DNA of 64,000 nt from an uncultured Rheinheimera sp. (lineage in GTDB: Bacteria > Pseudomonadota > Gammaproteobacteria > Enterobacterales > Alteromonadaceae), in the NCBI GenBank assembly GCA_964437935.1, contig CAYTIQ010000003.1:35920-99919 (forward strand), given 5' to 3'. Made by a program: the position numbers and the translations under genes. Each line of letters opens with the position of its first letter. The first letter of the stretch is position 1. Shown in pieces: positions 28,412 through 38,420 of this stretch. Under the pieces are notes generated by a model, which saw only the letters and a list, made by a program, of their open reading frames with translations, ran no database searches and had not been told where the DNA came from.

Positions 28412-30319
28412 ATGTTAGATAAAATTAGAGAAGGGTCGCAGGGCGCCATTGCAAAAGGTATCCTCGGCTTTGTAGTACTGACGTTTGCAATTTCAGGCGT
28501 TGGCAGCTATTTCAGCAGCAGTGTTAATGATGCCGTTGCTGTGGTCAATGGCGAAAAAATCAGTCGCACCAAGTTTGAACAGCAGTTTCAATCAACGCGG
28601 ATGCGGATGCAGCAACAATATGGCGAGATGTTTGACTCCCTAGCTGCAGACAAAACGTATATGAATACCTTGCGCCAGCAAGTGGTTGATAGTCTGATTG
28701 ACGAGACTTTGTTTAAACAACACGCCCAAGAATTAAAACTGGCAGTGAGCGATCAAGCCATTAAAGAATTCATTGTTAAAATGCCTCAGTTCCAAACCGA
28801 CGGCAAATTCGACCAAACGATGTTTGACGCCGTGTTACGTCAAAACAACCTGACTCCCGACCAATTCGCAGAATTGCTTCGCACCGATATCCAACGTAAT
28901 CAATATCTGTTAGGTGTGTCTGCTTCTGAATTCGCGTTGCCAAGCGAACTCAAGCAACTTATGCAATTGCAGCAACAAACGCGTGATGCGCAGTGGTTAA
29001 ACGTAAAAGCGGATGCATTTGTTTCTAAAGTTGAAAAGGACGAACAAAAATTAAAAGACTGGTACCAAATCAACCAAGCTAAATATGAAACTCCTGAACA
29101 AGTTGCGTTGCAGTATGTGGAGTTAAAAGGTTCAGATTTGGCGCAAGGCATTGAGGTTTCTGAAGCCGATGCCAAAGCCTTTTATGATGCCAATAGTGCC
29201 CGTTATAAAAGCGAAGAGCGCCGTCGGGTATCGCACATTTTATTAGAGTCTGCCGATGACAATGATACGGTGAAAGCCAACGCTGAAGAGTTATTAAAGC
29301 AGGTTCAGCAAGGTGCCGACTTTGCTGAGTTAGCGAAGAAAAACTCTGCAGACAGTTTATCAGCGGAAAAGGGCGGTGATTTGGATTACATCAGCCGTGA
29401 TGTGATGGAGCCTGAATTCGAAAAAGCAGCTTATGCACTGCAAAAAGTCGGTGATGTATCCCCAGTGATCAAAACCTCCTTTGGTTACCACCTGATCAAA
29501 CTGACGGACTTAGCTGCGCCGCAAGAGAAACCTTTTGCCGATGTTAAAGCTGAGATCATCGCCACTCTGAAATCTGAAAAAGCCCAAGAGAAGTTTGTTG
29601 AATTGCAACAAAAACTGGGTGAGACCGCCTTCGAAGTGGCTGATAGTTTAGAAGAAGCTGCTAAAGCCGTCGGCTCGACCGTCAAAACGACGGCGTTGTT
29701 TGCACGCAATGCTGCACCTGCGGAAGTCAATTTACCGAAATTGTTAGATCTTGCGTTTAGTGCTGATTTTGTGGATAGCACAACCAACAGCGATGTGATC
29801 GATTTGGGTAATCAGCATGTGGTGGTCGTTCGTCTTGCTGAGCACAAAAAAGCCCAAGTGCGGCCTTTTGACGATGTTAAAGCAGAGGTTGAAAAAGCCT
29901 ACGTTGCCGAACAAAGTGCGGTGTTAGCTGACGCGGCTGCAACAGCCATGTTAAATGAGCTGACGAGCGGTAAAGCCTTAGCGGACGTCGCTGCTGCGAA
30001 TCAATTAACTGTGGAAAGCTTGTCGACTGTAGCCCGTTTTGGTGGTCAAACCGATGCTCAAATTCGCACTAAGCTGTTTGAGATGGCTCGTCCGCAAGAC
30101 AAACCAACCTTTGCTGTCACACGTCAAAGTAACGGTGATAGTGCGGTATTGGTGTTGACGAAAGTAACAGATGTTGCTGCAACCAAAGAACCATCAAATG
30201 AAGAGCTTAATGCTTTAGCGCAACAGTTTGGCCAAGTGCACTATGGCGCTGTGGTGAAGTCTCTGCGTGAAAAAGCGAAGATTGAGCTAGTACCTATCAC
30301 TGAGCTGCCAACTGAATAA
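28412..30319 (+). CDS. ppiD: Periplasmic chaperone/parvulin PpiD
   Basis: N-terminal TM, SurA-like N domain, parvulin motifs (SHIL, GGDL, FGYHLI). Confidence 0.93.
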   Translation: MLDKIREGSQGAIAKGILGFVVLTFAISGVGSYFSSSVNDAVAVVNGEKISRTKFEQQFQSTRMRMQQQYGEMFDSLAADKTYMNTLRQQVVDSLIDETLFKQHAQELKLAVSDQAIKEFIVKMPQFQTDGKFDQTMFDAVLRQNNLTPDQFAELLRTDIQRNQYLLGVSASEFALPSELKQLMQLQQQTRDAQWLNVKADAFVSKVEKDEQKLKDWYQINQAKYETPEQVALQYVELKGSDLAQGIEVSEADAKAFYDANSARYKSEERRRVSHILLESADDNDTVKANAEELLKQVQQGADFAELAKKNSADSLSAEKGGDLDYISRDVMEPEFEKAAYALQKVGDVSPVIKTSFGYHLIKLTDLAAPQEKPFADVKAEIIATLKSEKAQEKFVELQQKLGETAFEVADSLEEAAKAVGSTVKTTALFARNAAPAEVNLPKLLDLAFSADFVDSTTNSDVIDLGNQHVVVVRLAEHKKAQVRPFDDVKAEVEKAYVAEQSAVLADAAATAMLNELTSGKALADVAAANQLTVESLSTVARFGGQTDAQIRTKLFEMARPQDKPTFAVTRQSNGDSAVLVLTKVTDVAATKEPSNEELNALAQQFGQVHYGAVVKSLREKAKIELVPITELPTE

Positions 30320-30353
30320 GTGCTGGCAACAGATTGAATCGTTGTTCGTTTGT

Positions 30354-30389
30354 AAAAACGCCCGGTATAAAAACCGGGCGTTTTGTTTT
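30354..30389. terminator. Bidirectional terminator between ppiD and sapF
   Basis: AAAAACGCCCGGT-ATAAAA-ACCGGGCGTTTT. Confidence 0.85.
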
Positions 30390-30465
30390 GTGAGGGTTAA
30401 CGCGAAACCACGACGCGTCGTGTAAAGCAGCAGCGGGATTCTGCAAATCGTGCAATTGATAGCCG

Positions 30466-31242
30466 TTACAGATTCAGGCTACTGGAAATCAGTTTTTTGG
30501 TGTAATCATGCTCGGGTTGGCTAAAGAGCAGGGGTGTTTCGTTGTAATCCAACGCCTGTCCTTGATACATCACCATGGTTTGGTCGGCCATATGCCGAAC
30601 TAACCGGAGTTGATTGGTGATCAAAATATACGCAAGCCCAGTATTATGCTGCAGTTCCAGCAACAGATTGACGATTTGAGCGCGTAACGATGGATCTAAC
30701 GCCGTTAACGCTTCATCAAGAATAAGCACCTTGGGATCTAAAATTAACGCGCGAGCCAAAGCCACCCGTTGCAGCTGACCACCGGAAAACATATGGGGGT
30801 AATAATTACCATGCTCTGGCAATAGCCCAAGTAGTTTTAGCGTATCGGCAATTTTTTGTTGTCTTGCATCTTTATCCAAGTTCGTTGAGTACATCAAGAC
30901 AGCATGTAAGATGTCTGAGATTTTCTGATTTGGATTCAGTGACCGTGCAGCATCTTGGAAAATGTAACGGATACGCCGATTTGTTTGCCGATGGTTGCAG
31001 CAATCGATCAGTTCACCACCAAACAACACCTCGCCACTGTCCGGTTTCTCAATGCCAACTAAAATTTTGGCGATGGTACTTTTGCCTGACCCTGTCTCGC
31101 CAAGCAGGGCTAGGGTTTTGCCCTGCTCTAAAGTGAAACTGATATCGTTTAACGCTTGAACTTTTTTCTGACTAAACAACCCCGTTGATTTGCGATAGGT
31201 TTTACTGAGGTGCCTGACTTCCAGCAGCTTATTCATCGTCAC
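30466..31242 (-). CDS. sapF: Peptide ABC transporter ATP-binding subunit
   Basis: GETGSGKS, FSGGQLQR and LILDE; last gene of the sap operon. Confidence 0.88.
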   Translation of the reverse strand: MTMNKLLEVRHLSKTYRKSTGLFSQKKVQALNDISFTLEQGKTLALLGETGSGKSTIAKILVGIEKPDSGEVLFGGELIDCCNHRQTNRRIRYIFQDAARSLNPNQKISDILHAVLMYSTNLDKDARQQKIADTLKLLGLLPEHGNYYPHMFSGGQLQRVALARALILDPKVLILDEALTALDPSLRAQIVNLLLELQHNTGLAYILITNQLRLVRHMADQTMVMYQGQALDYNETPLLFSQPEHDYTKKLISSSLNL

Positions 31243-32227
31243 TCCGATTCAAAGGGAAATGGCAGCTAAAAAAGTGATTCTGTTGGCGTTCGAGCGGCGG
31301 CGTCTTTACACATTCGCGCCGAGCATTCGGGCACCGCGGTCCTAATCGACAGCCAATAGGTAAGTGTTGCAGCGTAGGGATAGAACCAGGAAGCGCATAC
31401 AACTGTTGTTTAAATGCCAGTTCAGGTTGGAACTCTGGCACACTCTTTATCAACGCTTCGGTGTAGGGATGCTTCGGCTGCTTTAATAATCGCTCCGTTT
31501 CACCCGCCTCAACCAGTTGCCCGCAATACAAGACGCTGATGGTATCTGTGATCCTAGCCACCGTTTCAAGTTCATGGCTAATCAGTAAAATGGACATACC
31601 TTTGAGTTGATTAAGGCTCGTCAGTAAGCGAAATAATTGGGCCTGCGTCGTCGACTCTAAGGCGGTGGTTGGTTCATCGGCAATCAGCAGCTTCGGATCT
31701 TTGGCAATAGCCATCGCGATCGAGACCTTCTGGCATATACCCTCCGAGAGCTGATAGGGATAGCTATGCCAAACCGATAGATGGTCTTTAATACCAACTT
31801 TATGTAGCAACGCCTTGGCTCGAGCTCGGCGAAAATAGCCGCGTTGCCACCAGCTGACCCCTTGTAACACATGTTCAGGGATCGCTTCGATGATTTGCTC
31901 GCCAACCGGCGCGGTTGGATCCATGCTGCGGCTTGGTTCTTGATAGATCATCGCAACATCACGGCTGATGATGCGCCGTTGTTCATCGTCAGACAGCCGT
32001 GATAAATCCTGACCATTCCATTGGAAGCGATCCGCGGTGATTTTCCAGCGTTGGTGTAAAACCCCCATGATTGCTTTGGCAATGAGACTTTTGCCCGAGC
32101 CTGATTCGCCGACCAAGCCACGGATCTCCCCCTCGCGGATGGTTAAGTTAACGCGATCGACAGCACAAATTGAGCCTTCAGGCGTTGTAAGCTCCAGCGA
32201 TAAATTTCGAATATCTAGCAGCTGCAT
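31229..32227 (-). CDS. sapD: Peptide ABC transporter ATP-binding subunit
   Basis: MQLLDIRNL, GESGSGKS, LIADEPT and a C-terminal Cys motif. Confidence 0.9.
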   Translation of the reverse strand: MQLLDIRNLSLELTTPEGSICAVDRVNLTIREGEIRGLVGESGSGKSLIAKAIMGVLHQRWKITADRFQWNGQDLSRLSDDEQRRIISRDVAMIYQEPSRSMDPTAPVGEQIIEAIPEHVLQGVSWWQRGYFRRARAKALLHKVGIKDHLSVWHSYPYQLSEGICQKVSIAMAIAKDPKLLIADEPTTALESTTQAQLFRLLTSLNQLKGMSILLISHELETVARITDTISVLYCGQLVEAGETERLLKQPKHPYTEALIKSVPEFQPELAFKQQLYALPGSIPTLQHLPIGCRLGPRCPNARRECVKTPPLERQQNHFFSCHFPLNRSDDE

Positions 32228-33120
32228 CAGTTTTCTCGCCGTTTTTGCATCGCGACACGTAAGCCGTCACCGACCAAGTTAATGGACAGTACCGTTAAGA
32301 AGATCAACAAGCCTGGCAGCGCGACACACCAAGGCGCGAGATAAATGGAATCCAGCGCATCTGCAACCATGGTTCCCCACTCAGGTGTAGGTGCTTGAGC
32401 GCCTAATCCTAAAAATCCCATTGCGGCAATGTCTAAGATCGCCGTGGATAATGCCATGGTAAACAACAGCGTTAATGGCTCCCATAAATTCGGCAAGACC
32501 ACGGAACGGAGGATTTGCCAATCATTGGCGCCATCAAGCCGATAGGCCAGTACGTAATCTTGTTTTAACTGCTTAGCGATGGCATCGCGGATACCGTGCA
32601 CAAATTGCGGTAGCAAGGCCAAGGTCACGGCCCAAATCGTGTTAACAAGGCCAGGACCTAACACCGCAACAATCACAATCGCCAATAACAAGCTTGGTAT
32701 GGTGAGCGCCAAATCGAGTAAGTGGTTGAAAATACTTGATTTGACACCCTTGCTCATGCCCGCAAGCGAGCCAAGGATCACGCCGATACACAACGAGCAT
32801 AAGGTGGTCAAAAGCGCCAGACCAAAGGTATAACTCGCGCCTAACATCAAGCGAGATAACACGTCACGACCTAGATCATCCGTGCCAAGCGGGTAAGAGA
32901 CTAAGCCTGAATTTTGCCACGATGGTGGAACTAACAGCAGTTCTGAGTTTTGCAGGTACGACGAATGCGGTGTGACGATGGGGGCTATCAGTGCAACCAA
33001 CAGGATCGCAAGCAAGGTGACTAAAGCCGCTATGGCAAAGTGCTGATTGACGAAATGTTTCCACAAGAGCGTCAGTGGGCGGCGGTTGTTTTCTTCGTAA
33101 TAAAGGCGAATTTTTTTCAT
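32227..33120 (-). CDS. sapC: Peptide ABC transporter permease
   Basis: ATG at 33120 overlaps the sapB stop (TGATG); LGTDDLGRD and APTPEWG. Confidence 0.88.
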   Translation of the reverse strand: MKKIRLYYEENNRRPLTLLWKHFVNQHFAIAALVTLLAILLVALIAPIVTPHSSYLQNSELLLVPPSWQNSGLVSYPLGTDDLGRDVLSRLMLGASYTFGLALLTTLCSLCIGVILGSLAGMSKGVKSSIFNHLLDLALTIPSLLLAIVIVAVLGPGLVNTIWAVTLALLPQFVHGIRDAIAKQLKQDYVLAYRLDGANDWQILRSVVLPNLWEPLTLLFTMALSTAILDIAAMGFLGLGAQAPTPEWGTMVADALDSIYLAPWCVALPGLLIFLTVLSINLVGDGLRVAMQKRREN

Positions 33121-34139
33121 CAACTTTTCCTCGCTAATGGATTTAGCAAGGTGTGCAATATCTCGGTGAACATATTCACAAACACCACGACGGAAGACAG
33201 CACCAACACACCGGCTTGGATCGCCGTGAAATTTCGTTGGTAGATACTGCTGATAAGCCATTGGCCGATCCCCGGCCACGAAAAGATGACTTCAGTCATC
33301 ATCGCCAAGGTGATCAGCGTACTAAATTGCAAGCCGACTTGATGAGTAACAGGTAATAACGCGTTGCGAAGACCATGGTGATACAGGACCTGTCCGCGAG
33401 TTAACCCCTTGGCACGCGCGGTTTTAACGTAGTTCTGTGCTAACACTTCAAGCATGGAGTCACGCACGAAACGAACCATCACGGTAGTCGGGTAGGTGGC
33501 CAAGATCAGCGTCGGCAGTGCCAGATGGCGCAGAGCATCATAAAACGCTGCTGTTTTGTAGGGCATGTTGGATTGCCAGATATCAATCAACATAAAACCA
33601 GTAACGGGTGGTATTTCATAAAGTACACTCAGCCTGCCTGAGGTAGGAAGTAGACCCAACTGCAAAGAGAACAGCATGATAAGTAATAATGCCCACCAAA
33701 ACACCGGCAATGAATAACCAATACTGGCGCCAATTGTGATGACCCGGTCAAGCAAGGAACCTTGTTTGATAGCGGCCAGCAAACCCAGCGGGATCCCGAC
33801 CAACAAGGACACGGCAAGGGCATATGCTGCAAGTTCTAACGTTGCGGGCAACACCGTTTTTACTTCATGCAAGACAGGTTGCTGGCTCGAAAACGACAGG
33901 CCCCATTCGCCGGTGATCAGTCGTCTGACATACAGAATGTATTGTTCTATCACTGAGCTATGAATACCCATGGTCTGTGCCATCGCCGCTCGCTGGGTTT
34001 CATCAATTTGCTGCAGGCCAGAGAAATTCGTCAGAAGGTCGCCTGGATAAAAGTAATTCAAACTAAAGGTAAATAGCGTCGCCGCAACAAACACAAAAGA
34101 CAGCAGGAATAATCGTCGCAGCAGATATTTAGCGATCAT
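33120..34139 (-). CDS. sapB: Peptide ABC transporter permease
   Basis: PATLEL, ARAKGL EAA loop and FSWPGIG. Confidence 0.9.
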   Translation of the reverse strand: MIAKYLLRRLFLLSFVFVAATLFTFSLNYFYPGDLLTNFSGLQQIDETQRAAMAQTMGIHSSVIEQYILYVRRLITGEWGLSFSSQQPVLHEVKTVLPATLELAAYALAVSLLVGIPLGLLAAIKQGSLLDRVITIGASIGYSLPVFWWALLLIMLFSLQLGLLPTSGRLSVLYEIPPVTGFMLIDIWQSNMPYKTAAFYDALRHLALPTLILATYPTTVMVRFVRDSMLEVLAQNYVKTARAKGLTRGQVLYHHGLRNALLPVTHQVGLQFSTLITLAMMTEVIFSWPGIGQWLISSIYQRNFTAIQAGVLVLSSVVVFVNMFTEILHTLLNPLARKS

Positions 34140-35746
34140 GGCTTTTTCTCCGCGGCCGCAAAATTAATACCGCCATAAGGGTTGGTGCGTACCCCTTGCA
34201 CAGCATTTCCTCGAACTAAAAATCGTTTAGAGTGCGCAATTGGCAACAGCGGCATTTGTTCAATGAAATAACGCTGCGCGCTTTGATAATATGCTCGACG
34301 CTTTGACACGTCGGTTGTGAGCACGGCTTGACTGAGGAATTCATCAAACACAGGGTCACACCAGTTTGCTCTATTACTGCCACTTTGCGCCGCTTTGCAG
34401 CTAAACAATGGGCGGAAAAAGTTATCCGGATCAGCATTGTCGGCAGACCAACCGATGAGAACCGAATCGTGCTCAAATTCTTTTAATTTGCGTCGAAAGG
34501 TATTCCACTCATAGGTGACAATTCGAGCGCGGATGCCCACTTGCGCTAAATCAGCTTGAATTAACTCGGCCATTTTTTGTGCATTCGGGTTGTAGTTCCG
34601 TTGCACCGGCATAGCCCAAATATCCATGCTAAACCCTTTTGGATAACCCGCTTGCGCGAGCAAGGCTTTGGCCGTCTCAGGGTCGTAGTTTGGGGAACGG
34701 GACTTTGGATCATAAGCCCACGATGTTGGTGGTAGCACCGATTCTGCAATGACGGCTTGGTCGAAATAAACGGCCTGCAAAATATTCTGTCGATTGACCG
34801 CATGGGCCAATGCTTGGCGTACTCGATTGTCGTTAAATGGCGGCTTTTGGGTATTAAACGCCCAATAACCAACGTTCATGGCCGTTTTTTCATCAATGGC
34901 AAAGTCAGTGCTTTGACGCAGCATTTTTAGCTCCGCCATCCGAGGGATCGGCGCCACATCGCATTCGTGGGTTAAAATTTTTGCTAAGCGTTTGGTATTG
35001 TCGGGCACAATATCGATGACTAATTGCTCGGCATTGACTTGGCCTCGCCAGTAGTGAGGGTGACGATAGTACCGAATTAACAGATCTTTTTGGTATTCCC
35101 GATACAGAAAAGGCCCAGTACCAACAGGCAATTCATCCAGCGCCACCGCCTGCTGACGTTTGAGCAAGGTGCTGGCATATTCTGCGGACAAAATTGCCGA
35201 AAAATCTGTGGCTAACGTGGATAAAAAACTGCTATCAGGTTGATTCAACACGAATTCGACATGTGTGTTATCCAGCGCTTTGACATGTTTCACCAAGCTG
35301 CGCCAACCGACGCTATCAAAGTATGGGTACTCGGTCGCCACAAAATGAAATGGATTGTTCGGGTCAAGAATACGGTTAAACGTAAATTCGACATCAGATG
35401 CATTCATCAGGCGTGTCGGTGTGAAATAGGCGGTTTGGTGAAACTGAACGTCATTGCGCAACGTGAAGGTATAGGTCAAGCCATCCGCAGAGACCTGCCA
35501 AGCCGTGGCCAGCGCAGGTAGTAAATCGCCACTGCCCGCATCGATATCTAATAATCGGTCATACAAATGTTGACTGATCGCATCAATCGTGGTGCCGGAT
35601 GTAACCAATTGTGGGTTAAAGCTCTCAGGTGAACCTTCCGCACAATACACCACACCGGTGGCAGACACGGCGGTGTCGGATGGGTGACAACCTGCCAGCA
35701 AAAGAAGTAATGCTGAGCCAGTTGTATAAAGTTGCCAAATTTTCAT
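34136..35746 (-). CDS. sapA: Peptide ABC transporter substrate-binding lipoprotein
   Basis: Lipobox LAGC; YCAEGSPESFNPQ and PVGTGPF; conserved position downstream of pspF. Confidence 0.9.
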   Translation of the reverse strand: MKIWQLYTTGSALLLLLAGCHPSDTAVSATGVVYCAEGSPESFNPQLVTSGTTIDAISQHLYDRLLDIDAGSGDLLPALATAWQVSADGLTYTFTLRNDVQFHQTAYFTPTRLMNASDVEFTFNRILDPNNPFHFVATEYPYFDSVGWRSLVKHVKALDNTHVEFVLNQPDSSFLSTLATDFSAILSAEYASTLLKRQQAVALDELPVGTGPFLYREYQKDLLIRYYRHPHYWRGQVNAEQLVIDIVPDNTKRLAKILTHECDVAPIPRMAELKMLRQSTDFAIDEKTAMNVGYWAFNTQKPPFNDNRVRQALAHAVNRQNILQAVYFDQAVIAESVLPPTSWAYDPKSRSPNYDPETAKALLAQAGYPKGFSMDIWAMPVQRNYNPNAQKMAELIQADLAQVGIRARIVTYEWNTFRRKLKEFEHDSVLIGWSADNADPDNFFRPLFSCKAAQSGSNRANWCDPVFDEFLSQAVLTTDVSKRRAYYQSAQRYFIEQMPLLPIAHSKRFLVRGNAVQGVRTNPYGGINFAAAEKKP

Positions 35747-36840
35747 TGCTGACTGTCTAACAGTTTGTATTTTTTCATATAACCGCGTAGCTGATGATAC
35801 GTGAGATTGAGTGCATCTGCAGTTTTTTTCTGATTATATTGGCAAGCAGCGAGCGCATCTTTAATCAGTTGGATTTCGTAATTCTCCGACAACTGCGTGA
35901 AATCACAAGGAAACGATGGGGTTGCTGGACCTGCATAGTTCGACCCAACACTGAGCGCTGGTGTGGCGAGGACGGGCGACGGAGATTCACTGACTACGGC
36001 ACTTGGGACTGGCATTGTTGATGTCCGGTCATTGGTGCGCACTCGGGCTCGGGGTCTAAACGGTGATTCAAAGGGATCAAACAAAATGTCATGAACGGGC
36101 ACATACGGGTTGTTTGTCCGATAGACACTGCGCTCAACCACGTTTTTTAATTCACGCACGTTACCCGGCCAGTCATAGTCCAATAAAGCCCGTTTGGCTT
36201 TTTCGCTAAAGCCGCTAAACAATTCAAAATTGAGTTCTCGAGCCATGTTAATGGCGAAATGCTCGGCCAGCATCAGGATGTCTTCTCGCCGTTCCCGCAT
36301 TGGCGGCAGGGTGATCACATCAAAGGCTAGGCGGTCGAGTAGGTCTGCGCGAAACTCACCACGTTCCGCCATGCCCGGCAAGTCTTCATTGGTTGCACAA
36401 ATTAAGCGGACGTCAACTTTAATGGCGCGAGAGCCACCGACACGTTCAAACTCTCCGTATTCGATGACCCGCAGCAGTTTCTCTTGCACCAAACCGGGCG
36501 TGTTAGCTAATTCATCTAAAAACAGGGTGCCAAAATTGGCGCGTTCAAAGCGCCCTTCATGACGTTTGCTCGCGCCGGTGAATGCGCCTGCTTCGTGGCC
36601 GAATAATTCGCTTTCTAACAAGTTCTCGTTCAAGGATGCGCAGTTTAACGTTAGATAACTTTGATCCCAACGTTGTGACAAAAAATGCAGGCGGGCAGCG
36701 ATGAGTTCTTTGCCGGTACCACGCTCGCCAATGATCAACACAGGCTTATTGAGAGGCGCTATTTGCGACACTTGATCCAAGACATTCAGAAAACTGTTAG
36801 ATTGGCCAACTAAGTTGTCCTGTTGAAACGCTCTTGCCAT
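35743..36840 (-). CDS. pspF: Phage shock protein operon activator (sigma54 bEBP)
   Basis: GERGTGKE, intact GAFTGA and C-terminal HTH; divergent from pspA. Start uncertain (36840-36852). Confidence 0.95.
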   Translation of the reverse strand: MARAFQQDNLVGQSNSFLNVLDQVSQIAPLNKPVLIIGERGTGKELIAARLHFLSQRWDQSYLTLNCASLNENLLESELFGHEAGAFTGASKRHEGRFERANFGTLFLDELANTPGLVQEKLLRVIEYGEFERVGGSRAIKVDVRLICATNEDLPGMAERGEFRADLLDRLAFDVITLPPMRERREDILMLAEHFAINMARELNFELFSGFSEKAKRALLDYDWPGNVRELKNVVERSVYRTNNPYVPVHDILFDPFESPFRPRARVRTNDRTSTMPVPSAVVSESPSPVLATPALSVGSNYAGPATPSFPCDFTQLSENYEIQLIKDALAACQYNQKKTADALNLTYHQLRGYMKKYKLLDSQQ

Positions 36841-36855
36841 ATCCATTGCCACTTA

Positions 36856-36982
36856 TTGGTTAATTTTGCTAATTGTTAGTGTATTTAAAAAGTGGTAGTG
36901 GCGCCAGAGTTGTTAAAACAAATATAAAATCTTTATAAATCAATTGGATATTTAATTTTTCTAAGTTGGCATTGATTCTGAA
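36856..36982 (+). promoter_or_regulatory. pspA control region: PspF UAS-like site, IHF-like AT tract and sigma54 promoter
   Basis: TTGGTTAATTTTGCTAA (36856-36872); ATCTTTATAAATCAA tract; TTGGCATTGATTCTGAA (36966-36982) with a non-canonical -12. Confidence 0.65.
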
Positions 36983-37022
36983 TAGTATATTTCGAACCAA
37001 CTGACAATTTGAGGTAACAATC

Positions 37023-37691
37023 ATGGGTATTTTTTCTCGCTTCTCAGACATCATCAACTCAAACATCAACGCTTTATTAGACAAAGCGGAAGATCCAGAA
37101 AAAATGGTCCGTTTGATCATTCAAGAAATGGAAGACACGTTAGTGGAAGTGCGTTCCACCTCAGCAAAAACCATCGCTGAGAAAAAAGAGCTGCAACGTG
37201 TGGTGAGCCGTCTACAAGACGAAGTCAACGAATGGCAAGGTAAAGCAGAACTGGCCCTGAGCAAAGATCGCGATGATTTAGCGCGCTCAGCCTTGATTGA
37301 ACGCCAAAAAGCTGCAGACCAGGCCGATGCAGTGACGAAAGATATGGATGTGTTAGACCAGCACATTGCTAAGCTGCAAGACGAAACATCGCAGTTGCAA
37401 GAAAAGTTAGCCGATGCGAAGAACCGCCAAAAAGCCATTCTGATGCGTCAAAAAACTGTAGCGTCGCGTCTAGAAGTTAAAAAGACGTTGGACAGTTCTC
37501 GTATGCAAGATGCGATGTATAAATTTGAACGCTATGAAGCCAAAATTGATAACTTAGAAGCACAAGTTGAAGCCTATGACTTAGGCAAGAAAACTCTGCG
37601 CGATGAGTTTGCAGAATTGGCGGCACAAGACAAGATTGACTCAGAACTGGCGGCTTTAAAAGCCAAAATGAATAAAGAGACAAACGCCTGA
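37023..37691 (+). CDS. pspA: Phage shock protein A
   Basis: MGIFSRFSDIINSNINALLDKAEDPEKM. Confidence 0.97.
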   Translation: MGIFSRFSDIINSNINALLDKAEDPEKMVRLIIQEMEDTLVEVRSTSAKTIAEKKELQRVVSRLQDEVNEWQGKAELALSKDRDDLARSALIERQKAADQADAVTKDMDVLDQHIAKLQDETSQLQEKLADAKNRQKAILMRQKTVASRLEVKKTLDSSRMQDAMYKFERYEAKIDNLEAQVEAYDLGKKTLRDEFAELAAQDKIDSELAALKAKMNKETNA

Positions 37692-37722
37692 TCTCAGGCG
37701 TTTTAACAAGGAGTAATGAATC

Positions 37723-37959
37723 ATGCCAGTAACAGAAGCTTTTTCTATCCCGATTATTGTTTTCATGATTTTCGTGGCGCCGCTGTGGGTAATTATGCAT
37801 TACCGCAGCAAACGCAAAATGTCTGAAGGCTTGTCCGACGGTGAGATCGCGCAGCTGAATGACTTATCAGCGCGAGCCGAACGAATGGCGGATCGGATCA
37901 AGACCTTGGAAGCGATTTTGGACGCAGAGTCACCGAATTGGAGACGCAAACATGACTAA
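37723..37959 (+). CDS. pspB: Phage shock protein B
   Basis: FMIFVAPLWVIMHY...RIKTLEAILDAESPNWR. Confidence 0.95.
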   Translation: MPVTEAFSIPIIVFMIFVAPLWVIMHYRSKRKMSEGLSDGEIAQLNDLSARAERMADRIKTLEAILDAESPNWRRKHD

Positions 37960-38392
37960 AGTAAAACGCGAGTTGTTGCGCGATGATAGAAACGGCAAAG
38001 TTGCCGGGATCTGTGCCGGACTCGCCGACTACTTTGGTTGGGAGCTATGGCTGATCCGCATCGTGTTAGTGGCATCAGTGCTGATGGGATTCGGCGGTTT
38101 TTTAGTGGTGTTGTATATTGCCGGATGGTTCGTATTGGAGAAGAAATCTGTCGCTGAACGCAGGAATGCCAATCAACCTTATAGCGTCAGCAATGAGCAA
38201 TACCAAGCGCCAACCGTGGTGGATAAACCGGTTGAATTAAAAACACGCGTGTGGCAACGCGGTGAGTCACCACGTCAGGCGTTAATTCATTTGAATCAAC
38301 AGTTTGACCATATCGAACAGCGTATTCGCCATATTGAGAGCCACGTGACCTCCAACAAGTTTCAGTTGGATCGCGAAATAAGCCGGCTTTAA
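37952..38392 (+). CDS. pspC: Phage shock protein C
   Basis: ATG 37952 overlaps the pspB end; GKVAGICAGLADYFG PspC domain. Confidence 0.93.
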   Translation: MTKVKRELLRDDRNGKVAGICAGLADYFGWELWLIRIVLVASVLMGFGGFLVVLYIAGWFVLEKKSVAERRNANQPYSVSNEQYQAPTVVDKPVELKTRVWQRGESPRQALIHLNQQFDHIEQRIRHIESHVTSNKFQLDREISRL

Positions 38393-38420
38393 TTGCATGC
38401 CGCAACCCGTTGGAATCAGT

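Noticed and set aside
32227-33279. Apparent N-terminal extension of sapC, and similar extensions of pspC, tyrR, gloB, dinB and glyA in the ORF track
   Set aside because: They come from upstream alternative start codons; downstream ATGs with an RBS or stop overlap give family-typical lengths.
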